This document shows, one piece after another, positions 30,655 through 40,096 of a stretch of DNA of 64,000 nucleotides. Where the stretch lies: positions 207-64,206 of the IMG/VR virus record IMGVR_UViG_3300044703_000023; one strand, given 5' to 3'. The translations under genes and the position numbers were made by a program. Positions within the stretch are counted from its first letter, which is position 1. Every line of letters begins with the position of its first letter. The DNA comes from a virus (lineage: Duplodnaviria; Caudoviricetes). The notes below the pieces were generated by a model. The model saw only the letters and a list, made by a program, of their open reading frames with translations, did no database searches and was not told the origin of the DNA.

Positions 30655-31209
30655 TTACTGACTGCGTACAAAGGCTGAGAACTCATCCACCTGCCGCTTA
30701 AGTCGGTTTACAAGTTGCAAGTCGTCAGCTTCGACCGCCTGCAGCTTTACCTTTCTGTTCCGGTAGCGACTGTCTGCGTCACTGCCAGGAAACGAATAGA
30801 ATCCGTATCGAACGGGCGCTTCGCCTAACAGCCCGTTCACAGGCAGTTCCTTTACCGACCACGCCTTACCCGTCTCGTCTCTCTTTTGCCGGGCCACATC
30901 CTCCGCTACTTCTCGATCTGTAAAGATGCCCATGTCATGCACGGCATGACCGCTGTACCAGCTCCACTTGAAATAAACCCACCGGATAAGGAATCGCCGC
31001 AAGGGAGAAGCGATATCCTCGATCCGTTCGCTCATGCAGAGATAGCAAGCAGAACGTAGTCCCGATAGCGGATGCAGTTCTTTCTCCAATGCGACCACGT
31101 TATCCGCCTCCACCTTTACCCGGACCTTGAACGTCTCCGGGTTGGGTATCTGTCGGCTGTGGATCAGTCGGAGTCGGCTTCGCCGGATGCTTCTCTGGCT
31201 TGTCATCAC
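30655..31209 (-). CDS. Hypothetical protein (true start probably near 31098)
   Basis: The 5' part of the ORF overlaps the upstream peptide gene. Confidence 0.5.
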   Translation of the reverse strand: MMTSQRSIRRSRLRLIHSRQIPNPETFKVRVKVEADNVVALEKELHPLSGLRSACYLCMSERIEDIASPLRRFLIRWVYFKWSWYSGHAVHDMGIFTDREVAEDVARQKRDETGKAWSVKELPVNGLLGEAPVRYGFYSFPGSDADSRYRNRKVKLQAVEADDLQLVNRLKRQVDEFSAFVRSQ

Positions 31210-31234
31210 GCTCTCTCTTGTCTTCGTCGCTCAT
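31100..31234 (-). CDS. 44-aa Pro/Gly-rich peptide
   Basis: GGGAG RBS; MSDEDKRERDDKPEKHPAKPTPTDPQPTDTQPGDVQGPGKGGGG. Confidence 0.5.
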   Translation of the reverse strand: MSDEDKRERDDKPEKHPAKPTPTDPQPTDTQPGDVQGPGKGGGG

Positions 31235-31395
31235 AGTTCTTGCTCCCATACTCCGGTCAAGTCCCTCAGCAACGGGAGCATTGCATCGGTGGTTGTTATC
31301 AGCTTCGCAACCGGCTTTATGCCCTTTGTCCAGATCACGCGGGCCGCTGTCAGTACTGCCGCGATTCCGAGAACAATGAGCGTCCATGCTGGCAT
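31231..31395 (-). CDS. 54-aa single-TM protein (not in ORF track)
   Basis: MPAWTLIVLGIAAVLTAARVIWTKG...; ATGA overlap with the next gene. Confidence 0.5.
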   Translation of the reverse strand: MPAWTLIVLGIAAVLTAARVIWTKGIKPVAKLITTTDAMLPLLRDLTGVWEQEL

Positions 31396-31407
31396 TCATC
31401 ACCTTGT

Positions 31408-31884
31408 TTACCTTACTGAATCGTGTTTCCGAAGACTTTCAATTACTTCCTCAGTGTTATCGTTCACAGGTAGCGAATCCCTGGTCGCTTCTTCCTCGCT
31501 CACTTCCCGAACTCGAATTATCTTTGCGTCTGAAATGCTACTGAATTGCTCCTCTGCGGCATCTTGATTGGGAGCAGATTGAATATCCACTGCTTCACCG
31601 TCGCCAGCGCTCCGCGCTACTATTTTCGATCGAAGCGTCGCAAGCATATCGGCTACCGCGTCCAGCGACTCAACCTTGTCAAAAATCATCCGCACAGGTA
31701 CCGCGATGTCCTCGCTGGATTTGCCGACGAACTCGTCGTTGCGCTCACCAATCACATGGACGGGTTGTGGAGCAAAAACCAGTTCGTTCTCATAGTCCTT
31801 ATCTACCGCCCGTGCGTTATGAATACCGATATCACCGCTGCCAAACTGAAGCACCAAACTGCCAAAAGGGTCGTAGTAAATCAT
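31408..31884 (-). CDS. Hypothetical protein
   Basis: GGAGG RBS; FGSGDIGI and MIFDKVESLD. Confidence 0.6.
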   Translation of the reverse strand: MIYYDPFGSLVLQFGSGDIGIHNARAVDKDYENELVFAPQPVHVIGERNDEFVGKSSEDIAVPVRMIFDKVESLDAVADMLATLRSKIVARSAGDGEAVDIQSAPNQDAAEEQFSSISDAKIIRVREVSEEEATRDSLPVNDNTEEVIESLRKHDSVR

Positions 31885-32051
31885 TTTCTTTCGCCTCCAT
31901 TCAGTTACCAACACGGTCGCTTCGAGCAGTGCGACCGTGACTTGACGCCTCGCGCTGCGTCCGTCGCCCTAAATCAAATTCTTCAACGTTAAACTCTTCA
32001 ACGTAAGTACCCATACACCCCAACCGCAATTATCCTCAGACATTGGACGGA

Positions 32052-32543
32052 TCATGGCTCCATCGCTTTCTTCAGTTCGTCAATTCGAGCCTTCAGGGTT
32101 TGTTCGGTAGCGGCAGACTCCGGTACCTGGGCGCCGCGCTTTACTCCAGCCCCGCTCGAGCCACCGTAGTAAATCTTGGCACTCTGAATTATTGCCCTTA
32201 AGATCGACTCGACCTGTTGCAGTCTTTGGTGCGATCCAAAGTGCCCGCGAGACTCAACCGTTTCAAATAAACCTTCAAACTTCTCGACTGCGTTTAGCTT
32301 GCAGGACTTGTCTGGGCAGGCGTCAATATCCTGCTTCAACGTCGCGGCGCCGTTCGCCAGGTCGCTGAAGTCCACGATCAACCCTGACTTGATCGACGGG
32401 GAGAGGGGCAGGGAACTGATAAGGGGACCGGACGCGGCAAGGATTACCCGCAACTGGCCGGCGAAACTTCCACCGCAGGCTTGAGTAAACAGGGAGAAAG
32501 AAATAAGAAGTGTGATTATGCTAGTGCGCTTTAGAGTTTTCAT
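32052..32543 (-). CDS. Lipoprotein (spanin-like?)
   Basis: Signal peptide with lipobox FTQA-C; next to the holin-like gene. Confidence 0.6.
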   Translation of the reverse strand: MKTLKRTSIITLLISFSLFTQACGGSFAGQLRVILAASGPLISSLPLSPSIKSGLIVDFSDLANGAATLKQDIDACPDKSCKLNAVEKFEGLFETVESRGHFGSHQRLQQVESILRAIIQSAKIYYGGSSGAGVKRGAQVPESAATEQTLKARIDELKKAMEP

Positions 32544-32545
32544 AT

Positions 32546-32854
32546 TCAGCCCTTTCCGACTATCGGCAATGCCGCTGCGTCTGCCTTGATCACGCTCATC
32601 GACGCACCCGCAGGCGCGAATCGCGCCGCTTCGATTAAATTGTGATTCGACTTCTTGCGGTACAGCGTGATCGCCAAGTCAATTCCCGCCGTGACAATCG
32701 CCCCGGCAAGTATCAGAAGATTTTCAGAGGTGAGAACAGAGTCGGCACGTAGGCCATGCTGGGCGAGGTAAACCGCTAGAAGCGTCAGGCCGCGATTAAC
32801 GTAGGTAATTGCCGTGCTCTTTAGAATCTCATCCCAAGACATCTGTAAGGCCAT
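32546..32854 (-). CDS. Putative holin
   Basis: 102 aa, two TM helices, basic tail YRKK. Confidence 0.6.
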   Translation of the reverse strand: MALQMSWDEILKSTAITYVNRGLTLLAVYLAQHGLRADSVLTSENLLILAGAIVTAGIDLAITLYRKKSNHNLIEAARFAPAGASMSVIKADAAALPIVGKG

Positions 32855-33207
32855 TACTTTTTAGCCCTCACTTTCTGATAAGAGAATCCCACGAAATAGA
32901 GATTTAAGTTTCAGGCAGAGCGATTTGGTGGGCGTTACGACGAGCGCGAGGCGGATCGTCACGGTGGGGCGGTCGCAACAAAAGCGCGACCGTCTTGGTA
33001 CCTTGAGTGCCGATGTCACGTTTATCCCACTTACTTAATCCGCCAGCCCAAGATTCAGTACACCAAATAGGTTATAAATAATTCGCTTGAAACGAAGGAA
33101 TTCTATGGACAAGTTACTTTCCCTGTGCGAAACTCTCCTTGTTCGAAAACGCGGGCCGCGACGATATACGCGGGGCGCTCGAAAGAGCAAAAAGGGAGAT
33201 AAAAAGA

Positions 33208-33434
33208 TGCCAGCAGTTACCAAAGGTTCTGAAAAGCAAATCGCGTGGGCCACGACAATCGTCGAACAAGAAGTAGCCCGCCTTGACCGTATGCTTGCTC
33301 CGATCCCACCCAAGGAAGAGCGAAGCGAAATCTTTCAAAAGCTCTACGGCGAGGAAATCGCCTTCGTTAAGGCCGTTCGGAACACTCTCGAAAAGCGCGT
33401 CCAGAGTGCTAAGTTCGTGATTGATACGACGTAA
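33208..33434 (+). CDS. GSEKQIAWA-motif phage protein, possibly truncated
   Basis: GGGAG RBS; KGSEKQIAWA. Confidence 0.6.
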
Positions 33435-33465
33435 CGTCCCAAGTCCGTGACGGTAACTGGAAATT

Positions 33466-33774
33466 TTGGTTGTTTACGGCGAGACGGCAGACGAGGCCGC
33501 CGCAAAGCTCAAGGCCCGTCTTGAGAGTGAATTTGACGGACAGGCGGCAGGAATGCTCCTCGCTTCCCGCGTCGTCGAAGTTCGTAAGCCCGCGACCGGC
33601 GAGAACTTGGGCCGTCAGTTTATTGGCACTGCTCAAGAGTTGAACCGCATGGGCGCTTCTTGGATTTGGGCAGACCGCGATCCCGCGAATTGGCCCGCAC
33701 GAATCGAGGGCTTCTATACCGACGAGGCTGGAAGCGCAGTGCTTTTCGTTCTCGACTGGAACGAAGAAGAATAG
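33466..33774 (+). CDS. Hypothetical protein (5' end possibly damaged)
   Basis: No RBS at the TTG. Confidence 0.45.
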   Translation: MVVYGETADEAAAKLKARLESEFDGQAAGMLLASRVVEVRKPATGENLGRQFIGTAQELNRMGASWIWADRDPANWPARIEGFYTDEAGSAVLFVLDWNEEE

Positions 33775-33778
33775 CCTT

Positions 33779-34039
33779 ATGGTCCGTCCAAGTTTCCCCC
33801 GCGAAAGCGGAAGCGATCTCATCGAGTCGCTTACTTGGGCGGGCTGCCAATCTTTGGAGGCTATCGTGACACCTGCACAAACAATCGAGAGACCCCGGGA
33901 GCTGTGGAAGTCGCTCTGCCCCGTGCCCGTCAAGCACGTCTTACGTGGCTATCGAATTCACGGCGGGTTTCCCGTGGTCGCAGCAGAGTACGATTCAGAG
34001 GTGGGACTAAAGACTAATCCGGAGGACGACGAATTTTGA
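33779..34039 (+). CDS. Hypothetical protein
   Basis: Operon continuity. Confidence 0.4.
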   Translation: MVRPSFPRESGSDLIESLTWAGCQSLEAIVTPAQTIERPRELWKSLCPVPVKHVLRGYRIHGGFPVVAAEYDSEVGLKTNPEDDEF

Positions 34040-34224
34040 TAAATACCACCGCAACCGTAGCAGCCGCCTTGGGGCTAAGCCCTCAGCGAGTGAGGCAAGC
34101 CATCAAGGAACTCAATATCACGCCGACGATGATCGGCAAGGCGATCGTGCTCAGTGACGCGGACGTGAAGAAACTCGCGAGGCGTAAGACCCAGCGCGGT
34201 CCAGTTAAGAAGGAGAAACGGTGA
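34036..34224 (+). CDS. Small HTH DNA-binding protein
   Basis: TTATVAAALGLSPQRVRQAI; GGAGG RBS. Confidence 0.75.
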   Translation: MINTTATVAAALGLSPQRVRQAIKELNITPTMIGKAIVLSDADVKKLARRKTQRGPVKKEKR

Positions 34225-34245
34225 ACGGAAAAAGTCGTAAAACCC

Positions 34246-34491
34246 TTAAGCATTCAGATGTTCTTCGCATAACTCACACGCAACACAGTCAAGAATCGAA
34301 ACGAGTACGACGGTATCTTGCAATCCCTTCGCAACTGCCTTTTCCGTTTCTTGGATTCGCTGCCGTAGTTCACCGGAGAGAGCGTATAACCAGTCTCGCG
34401 CGACTAAAGGGTTGAGGGACTCACCTTGGGAGACTCGTGCTAAGTGAAGGTCTACCGCGTCTAAGAGTCTCAATGATTCTTGGTTTGTCAT
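34246..34491 (-). CDS. Hypothetical protein
   Basis: GAGG RBS; C-terminal CxxCxxC. Confidence 0.5.
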   Translation of the reverse strand: MTNQESLRLLDAVDLHLARVSQGESLNPLVARDWLYALSGELRQRIQETEKAVAKGLQDTVVLVSILDCVACELCEEHLNA

Positions 34492-34907
34492 TTTAGCCTC
34501 TTGAGTATTCGAAGTATCGTAGAACCAAAGAAGATAGCGGCAGCAACGGCGACTATGATTGTGTTAAAGGTTTCCGTTGTCATTTCAGTAAGTTACGCAC
34601 TCGCACGCTCCCCTTATTTCCCTTGATCTCCTACCACTTTATAGAATAAGACCACTCAGTCCTGGGAGAGCTTTTTCAGTGCTCAGAATCGGTAGACGAT
34701 CTCGCTCGTACTCTTGTGCGAAGTAGTGAATGTGCTTCTTGGTTTCTTTACCACTCGAATGGCGCAACGTCACGTATTCCCCGCAGCCACTTGTGTTGAA
34801 ACCAACGATAAGTCACAATCCTGTCGTCACGTATGGCTTTCCATTGGCTTCCAACGGGCGCGGATTTCACAACCTCGATTTGTTCTTTGAACGCTTTCAT
34901 TCAACCC

Positions 34908-35828
34908 TCAGTGTGCATATTCCGTCTCTGGTCTGCTTATGCTGTAAGCACCACCATCCGGCGTTCCCACTCTGTGCAGGATCATTGACGGTGAGCCCCG
35001 TTGATCGTCACCTTTCCCGCCTCGAGGGATCCACTCATATAAGTTTTCTGCAACCAACTTGCCGACGATTTTAGTAACGGTGGATTTTTCAATGCCCGTG
35101 GTTTGCCGAATCGCTTTTTCGTCGCCGGCGCCGCGTTCGTCAATGGCGTTAATAACCAGTTCCCGATTTTCGGTAAATGCCAGCTGCTTCAGTTCGTCAG
35201 CAATTTCCTCTCGCCAGCCTCCGCAGACTCTACGCGCCCTTCCCTGGTTCGGACTCAGCTTTATGAAGTCCTCGGAAATGATCTGATCCATATGTAGAAG
35301 GTGCTCGCGCCAGTCGTTTCTAACCGCTCTCTTCGCCTTTTGAGTCGCTTTAGTGGCGCGTCGCAGGGATTGTTCCGATACCCATGCCTCAAGGTCATTC
35401 TTAGACATTCCGTTGGCCTTAGCGACCGCAAGAGCCTCAGACGGTTGGGTGTGGCGACAAGCTGCTTTGTGATGGCTGAAACTCAAAGATGTGTCCCGGG
35501 GCACAAATTGAAACGTCCGATAGGTGCGGGCCAGCTTACGGAGATAGTTGGGTGACAGATCCACGGCCGACGCCATCTGATCCATTGCCTCACCCTTCTC
35601 GCCATGCTTCTTGGTCAGCGATGCCACGACCGCGCCTTGTGACCAAAAGTGATCATCTATCCCCTCATCAACTTTGCGGAACGCGGCGATGTGCGCCTCG
35701 GTGCTCTCCGCATGAAACTCCAAAAGCCCGTTCTTGCCCTCGACAAACTCAAAGGCGAGGTCTTGCTGCATTTCGGGTTGGGGGATGGGTATTTCTAATC
35801 TTGTGGTCAACTTCTTTATCTCCCGCAC
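34908..35828 (-). CDS. LmbU-like DNA-binding regulator
   Basis: FWSQG...YLRKLARTYRTF..VPRDTSLSFSHH resembles the LmbU-family signature; HTH-like C-terminus. Confidence 0.55.
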   Translation of the reverse strand: MREIKKLTTRLEIPIPQPEMQQDLAFEFVEGKNGLLEFHAESTEAHIAAFRKVDEGIDDHFWSQGAVVASLTKKHGEKGEAMDQMASAVDLSPNYLRKLARTYRTFQFVPRDTSLSFSHHKAACRHTQPSEALAVAKANGMSKNDLEAWVSEQSLRRATKATQKAKRAVRNDWREHLLHMDQIISEDFIKLSPNQGRARRVCGGWREEIADELKQLAFTENRELVINAIDERGAGDEKAIRQTTGIEKSTVTKIVGKLVAENLYEWIPRGGKGDDQRGSPSMILHRVGTPDGGAYSISRPETEYAH

Positions 35829-35918
35829 GGTTTGGTTTAGTTGCGTTACAAAATCATTTAGTTTCAGGAGCGAATCGCGTAGCCACGTAAATGGTTTCGC
35901 GCGTGTCGCACACCTTGC

Positions 35919-36299
35919 TTATCGCGCAAGTCCGAAGTGCTCGAAGGCCCGCCAATAGTGTTCGGAGCCGAAAGGAATTCTCGCCGCCGCTGGAATCTTA
36001 TTAGCCATGCGCTCCGCTCCTGCCGGATTGAAGGAATGCACGATGATGCAAAGCGGCTGATCTTCAACTGGCATTTCATCTATAGCTTGCGCGACTGCGT
36101 ATCCGCTCACCTCGTTCGACTCACAAAACACTTCACCACCCAAATCGTGATCGAGCGATGCAATGTCGAAGTCGAGATGCGTGTCTAGCAACGCAATCGC
36201 GTCTTGAGCGGTTTCTGCGGTCAGCACTTCATGGCCTACGGTCTTTTCCATAAACTTTGCCGTGCGAATTGGATCGTCATCTAAGAATAGAATCTTCAT
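35919..36299 (-). CDS. Stand-alone receiver-like (cyclic-phosphate-processing REC) protein
   Basis: ILFLDDD.IR, SLDHDLG, SGYAVA, IVHSFNPAGAERM. Confidence 0.8.
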   Translation of the reverse strand: MKILFLDDDPIRTAKFMEKTVGHEVLTAETAQDAIALLDTHLDFDIASLDHDLGGEVFCESNEVSGYAVAQAIDEMPVEDQPLCIIVHSFNPAGAERMANKIPAAARIPFGSEHYWRAFEHFGLAR

Positions 36300-36561
36300 T
36301 TAGCTTGCCATCCTCGCGTGTTCCGCTTCTAACTACAATTTCAATCCAGGACTTGAAGGCTTACGTGCCGGGCAGTCCGCACGATGTCTCCCCCACAAGG
36401 TTGAGCGACTCCCTACACTCGCAACGATCAACGTGACTTCACAGTGCAAATCGTCCGCTATCGTTCGCATCTGAGTCTCCGAGACCTGCCCTTCCTTTTG
36501 GCAGTCGATTTCAATTACAGGACAGATGCACTCTGGCGCGGCGCTCGAACTGTCGCTCCTC

Positions 36562-37116
36562 TCAGCTTGCTCCTACCGGCTTGGGTGTTGTGTCTCTTGT
36601 CTGTATCTCGACAATCACGTTGTACGACCGCTCACCTATCGGCGTCTGTTCGTACTCAAAGGTGATTCTTGTATCGCCATCGTCCACGCCGATCTGCCTT
36701 GCAATCTGATCTCGGCAGGCTTTGAAACTGCCCGCGAGGTTGTCACTGTCCATCCGCTTTGGGCCAACCCGTGTGAGTCGTACAACACACGGCAGTTCAA
36801 CCCTGCGGCCCTGTAGCGCATTCAAGAACATCACGCCCATAGCCGTTTGCTGATCCTTCCGCCTCCGCATCTTTACCTGCCACGGCTCGCGGCTGCTTCG
36901 GTTGGCTTCGGATACAGTGCGGATCGGCGCGTCGAACACTAGATTGCGAATCATCCCTGGTGCGTTCCTACGAGGGGTAGAGGCTACCTGCTCCGTCTCG
37001 CGCTTTGGCGAGCGGGTCGGAGACACCCTTATGTTTGGGTTGGTTGTTCTGGTTTTCATTTCAAGACTTTTCATCTTCCTGTTCTTCTTCCACTCCTTCT
37101 CTGTTACTCGGTACAA
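36562..37116 (-). CDS. RusA-like Holliday junction resolvase
   Basis: SEAN...MDSDNLAGSFKACRDQIA..IGVDDGD; start uncertain. Confidence 0.75.
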   Translation of the reverse strand: MYRVTEKEWKKNRKMKSLEMKTRTTNPNIRVSPTRSPKRETEQVASTPRRNAPGMIRNLVFDAPIRTVSEANRSSREPWQVKMRRRKDQQTAMGVMFLNALQGRRVELPCVVRLTRVGPKRMDSDNLAGSFKACRDQIARQIGVDDGDTRITFEYEQTPIGERSYNVIVEIQTRDTTPKPVGAS

Positions 37117-37253
37117 AAATAAAATCCTCTAAGTTATGAAAACCAGAACCTTTCTTGCGAACGTTTACGACCTCTCCGACCCGCTGGCGAAACCGCCAGA
37201 CGGACTAACTAACCTCTGCTGTTTTGAAATGTTCGCGCACCATGCTCATTGCC

Positions 37254-37430
37254 TTATCCTATTTCGTCCACGTTTAAGGTAAGCAAAATGCCATCGCATC
37301 CAGCCGACACTTCACCAACTCCCGCAGTGTCATTCGCTTCCGGATCAAGACAGCACCTAACATCAGAATCAGGTGACATCCCACTATCCTGTAAAGCCTT
37401 AACCAGTTCGCCTAATGTCAGATTTTTCAT
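37254..37430 (-). CDS. Hypothetical protein
   Basis: GGAGG RBS; MKNLTLGELVKALQ. Confidence 0.5.
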   Translation of the reverse strand: MKNLTLGELVKALQDSGMSPDSDVRCCLDPEANDTAGVGEVSAGCDGILLTLNVDEIG

Positions 37431-37534
37431 TTCAGACCCTCCGCCAGTCAGTTCTTTATAAGTCAGGACGTTTTTCGCCACGCGCGCCCATATCTTCACG
37501 CCGATTAAGCCGATCATCAGCAACACTAAGGTCG

Positions 37535-38083
37535 CTATAAAGATATCTGCCACGCGCACTGGTTTTCTCTTTCTGACTCTGAATGAATCAGCCGATCTTC
37601 CGATTCGCCGCAAATCTCGCATCTGCCCATTGCGAGGCGCGACTTGAATTCATGTGGCACACTGGCCCTGTCTCGCTTCGCAATATCTTCAACCAGACTG
37701 CGTACGTCGGACGCCAGCCGTTCAGCTTGCACTTTGCTGTCAGGCTTCAGGTGAACAACCATCGTTAGCTCTGTGTTGTATTCGTTCGCCGTGACTTCAT
37801 AGCGAAACGGATCAAAGCACTCGGCAAAGTTGCCAACGTGAAAGGTCTCTGTTTGGATGGGCCGCGTCCCACTTAGGAGATTGCGTAACGCCGGAATGTC
37901 TTTCCACGGGATACTGATGGCCCAACTTGGGTTGTCACGATTGATTAACCGGATGCTGTGGCCTTCATTCCAGACGCAGGCAAACGAACGGTCAATGAAT
38001 TCCGTCGGGTCTTCCAACGGCGGCGAGACTAAGCCTGTGTTGCTCGATTCGTCTTTTTCTTGTGGCATATGGTGGCTCCTCAA
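37535..38083 (-). CDS. Hypothetical protein
   Basis: GAGGAG RBS before MPQEK; C-terminal H..CxxC..H. Confidence 0.55.
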   Translation of the reverse strand: MRSHHMPQEKDESSNTGLVSPPLEDPTEFIDRSFACVWNEGHSIRLINRDNPSWAISIPWKDIPALRNLLSGTRPIQTETFHVGNFAECFDPFRYEVTANEYNTELTMVVHLKPDSKVQAERLASDVRSLVEDIAKRDRASVPHEFKSRLAMGRCEICGESEDRLIHSESERENQCAWQISL

Positions 38084-38475
38084 CGTAGATTGTTTTACAC
38101 TTACTGCACATCCAATAGACCAAACCCAGCCAGCCCATCTTGTGACGTTTGGGACAGCGTAATGGGTTAGCGTGTTCCCAGTATGGGCTGCTCATTGGTT
38201 ACCGATCACCCCTGAATTCTTAATTTCTTCCCCTTCTTACGCTGCTAGTCCGTTAAGCTTCGACTTGCAAAGGCACCCTTGGCGGCGCAAGACCTCGTAG
38301 CGCTGTGATAATTCCTTCAGCGTATAACGTCTCCATTCTCCGTTAGGAGTGCCACGCCAGCACATCACCCCATTAATCAACCGCTCCTCGTAATACATCT
38401 GTTCTCCTCTCTCTTCTTACGCTGCTATAGGTAGCCAGATACACTTCGTTGAAATGGCGATTTATGTGTAGACAC

Positions 38476-38510
38476 GAAAATAGCCGACCGCCTGAAAAGC
38501 GACCGGCTAT
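38476..38510 (-). terminator. Intrinsic terminator downstream of the attP tRNA fragment
   Basis: ATAGCCG...CGGCTAT hairpin followed by TTTT on the minus strand. Confidence 0.6.
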
Positions 38511-38539
38511 CTGTTCTGTTAAGGTTTTATTTGAAAAAC

Positions 38540-38589
38540 TGGGGCGGCATGTGGGGCTCGAACCCACGACCTCCTGAACCACAATCAGG
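38540..38589 (-). other. attP core: 3' half of tRNA-His(GTG)
   Basis: CCTGA-TTGTGGT-TCAGG anticodon arm, GTGGG-TTCGAGC-CCCAC T arm, ATGCCGC-C-CCA; no D arm or 5' acceptor strand; about 155 bp upstream of the integrase. Confidence 0.9.
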
Positions 38590-38744
38590 GTTAGCATTAC
38601 AACCAGCCACAACCACACAAAGCCCTCCGCAACTAAAAACATCCGAATACCTTGATTATAGGCTCTTTGTGGCGTACCGTCATCAACTATTTCCAGTCCG
38701 CGACCACTCGAAACAGCAAACGAATTGGCGCACAAAGTGTAGAC

Positions 38745-39926
38745 ATGCCCCGCGAGCGTAAACTTCAAATCGTTGAGAAGCGCGGAAAGATTTATGCCCG
38801 CACTACCTATGTTGGCCTTGATGGGAAGCGTCACGCCATCTGGCGGGCAGGAAAGAACAAGACCGCCGCAAAGGATAATCTCCGCGAGGCGCTCCGCGAT
38901 CTGGAGAGAGAAGGCGACGGCGCCATGATTAACGCCAAGCGAACCTTTGGCGATTTGGCCGCATGGTATTCCAAGCGTTACTTGATTCCGCCGGAGTATC
39001 GCGATGGTCGCGTGGTTAAAGGAAAGCGATCCTGGCAGAACGAAACCTATCAACTGAAAGCAATCGTCGCCTACTTTGGCGGCTACAAATTGCGATCTAT
39101 TAGTCACGGTGAATTGGAGAAGTACAAGGAACACCGCCTTGCTACTCCTATCGTTTTCGAGCGTAAAGACCCGAAGGCCAAAGGCGGAAAGACTGTCACT
39201 CACCGGAACAGAACGATCACCACCGTCAACCGCGAGCTTATGGCGATCCGCGTGATGCTCAGAAAGGCACAGAAGGAGGGTTGGCTGCTCCGCATTCCCT
39301 TTGAGGAGCACGATCCGCTGATTAACGTGTCTGACGAACGGCGAAGAGACAGAACGCTGTCCTACGAAGAGGAGGCGCGATTGCTGGCTAGTGTAAGAGA
39401 CTTTGTGCGCCCGATTCTCGTGTGCGCCTTGGCGACAGGTATGAGACTGGGAGAAATTCTTAAGCTCGCGTGGCCGGATGTCGATCTGGATAATAGATTG
39501 ATTCGTATTCGCTCGACTAATACCAAAACCCAGGATGAACGCTACGCTCCGATCACCGCCCCGCTGCTCGCGGAGTTGAAGTCGCTTAAGGCTACGGCGC
39601 TGCCGGATGCTGAAAGAGTCTTTGGAATCAAGTCGAACATTAAAAGAAGTTTCCGCAGTGCGTGTGAACGCGCCGGAATCAAACATGGCGGCGTAGACGG
39701 TCTGACGTTTCACTCCCTGCGCCACACGGCGGCAACGAGAATGATTAAACAAGGGATGGACATTACCGCTGTGGCGAAAATTCTTGGTCATCGTCAGGTA
39801 TCTACAACCTATCGGTACGTTTCGGCGGATTCAGACATTCTTGATCGGGCAAGGGAAGCATTGTCATTTAGGCCGCAATCTTCTTCTCAAACCGCCGATG
39901 AAAAGACTCCACATGATCCGGACTGA
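38745..39926 (+). CDS. int: Tyrosine integrase
   Basis: TGMRLGE, TKT, FHSLRHT, LGH...TTYRY catalytic residues. Confidence 0.97.
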   Translation: MPRERKLQIVEKRGKIYARTTYVGLDGKRHAIWRAGKNKTAAKDNLREALRDLEREGDGAMINAKRTFGDLAAWYSKRYLIPPEYRDGRVVKGKRSWQNETYQLKAIVAYFGGYKLRSISHGELEKYKEHRLATPIVFERKDPKAKGGKTVTHRNRTITTVNRELMAIRVMLRKAQKEGWLLRIPFEEHDPLINVSDERRRDRTLSYEEEARLLASVRDFVRPILVCALATGMRLGEILKLAWPDVDLDNRLIRIRSTNTKTQDERYAPITAPLLAELKSLKATALPDAERVFGIKSNIKRSFRSACERAGIKHGGVDGLTFHSLRHTAATRMIKQGMDITAVAKILGHRQVSTTYRYVSADSDILDRAREALSFRPQSSSQTADEKTPHDPD

Positions 39927-40062
39927 GATACCACACCTTACGCCCTTCTTTGCAGTGATCGATTTCTCCATTGCGTCGCATCCTGGCAATGCTCTCCCGA
40001 TGCCAGCCAACCTCTTTAGCAAACTGCTCTTCGCTTAACACTTTTGTTTTTACTGCGCTCAT
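39868..40062 (-). CDS. xis: Excisionase (winged HTH)
   Basis: LSEEQFAKEVGWHRESIARMRRNG...GRKVWY; convergent with int. Confidence 0.75.
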   Translation of the reverse strand: MSAVKTKVLSEEQFAKEVGWHRESIARMRRNGEIDHCKEGRKVWYLSPDHVESFHRRFEKKIAA

Positions 40063-40096
40063 AGGCTTACCCCCAAAAAATATCCAAATCTTTTAT

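Noticed and set aside
38540-38615. Complete tRNA-His gene
   Set aside because: No D arm or 5' acceptor strand upstream of the anticodon arm; treated as attP.
38373-39791. 472-aa minus-strand ORF
   Set aside because: Antisense shadow of the integrase that runs through attP; no motifs or RBS.
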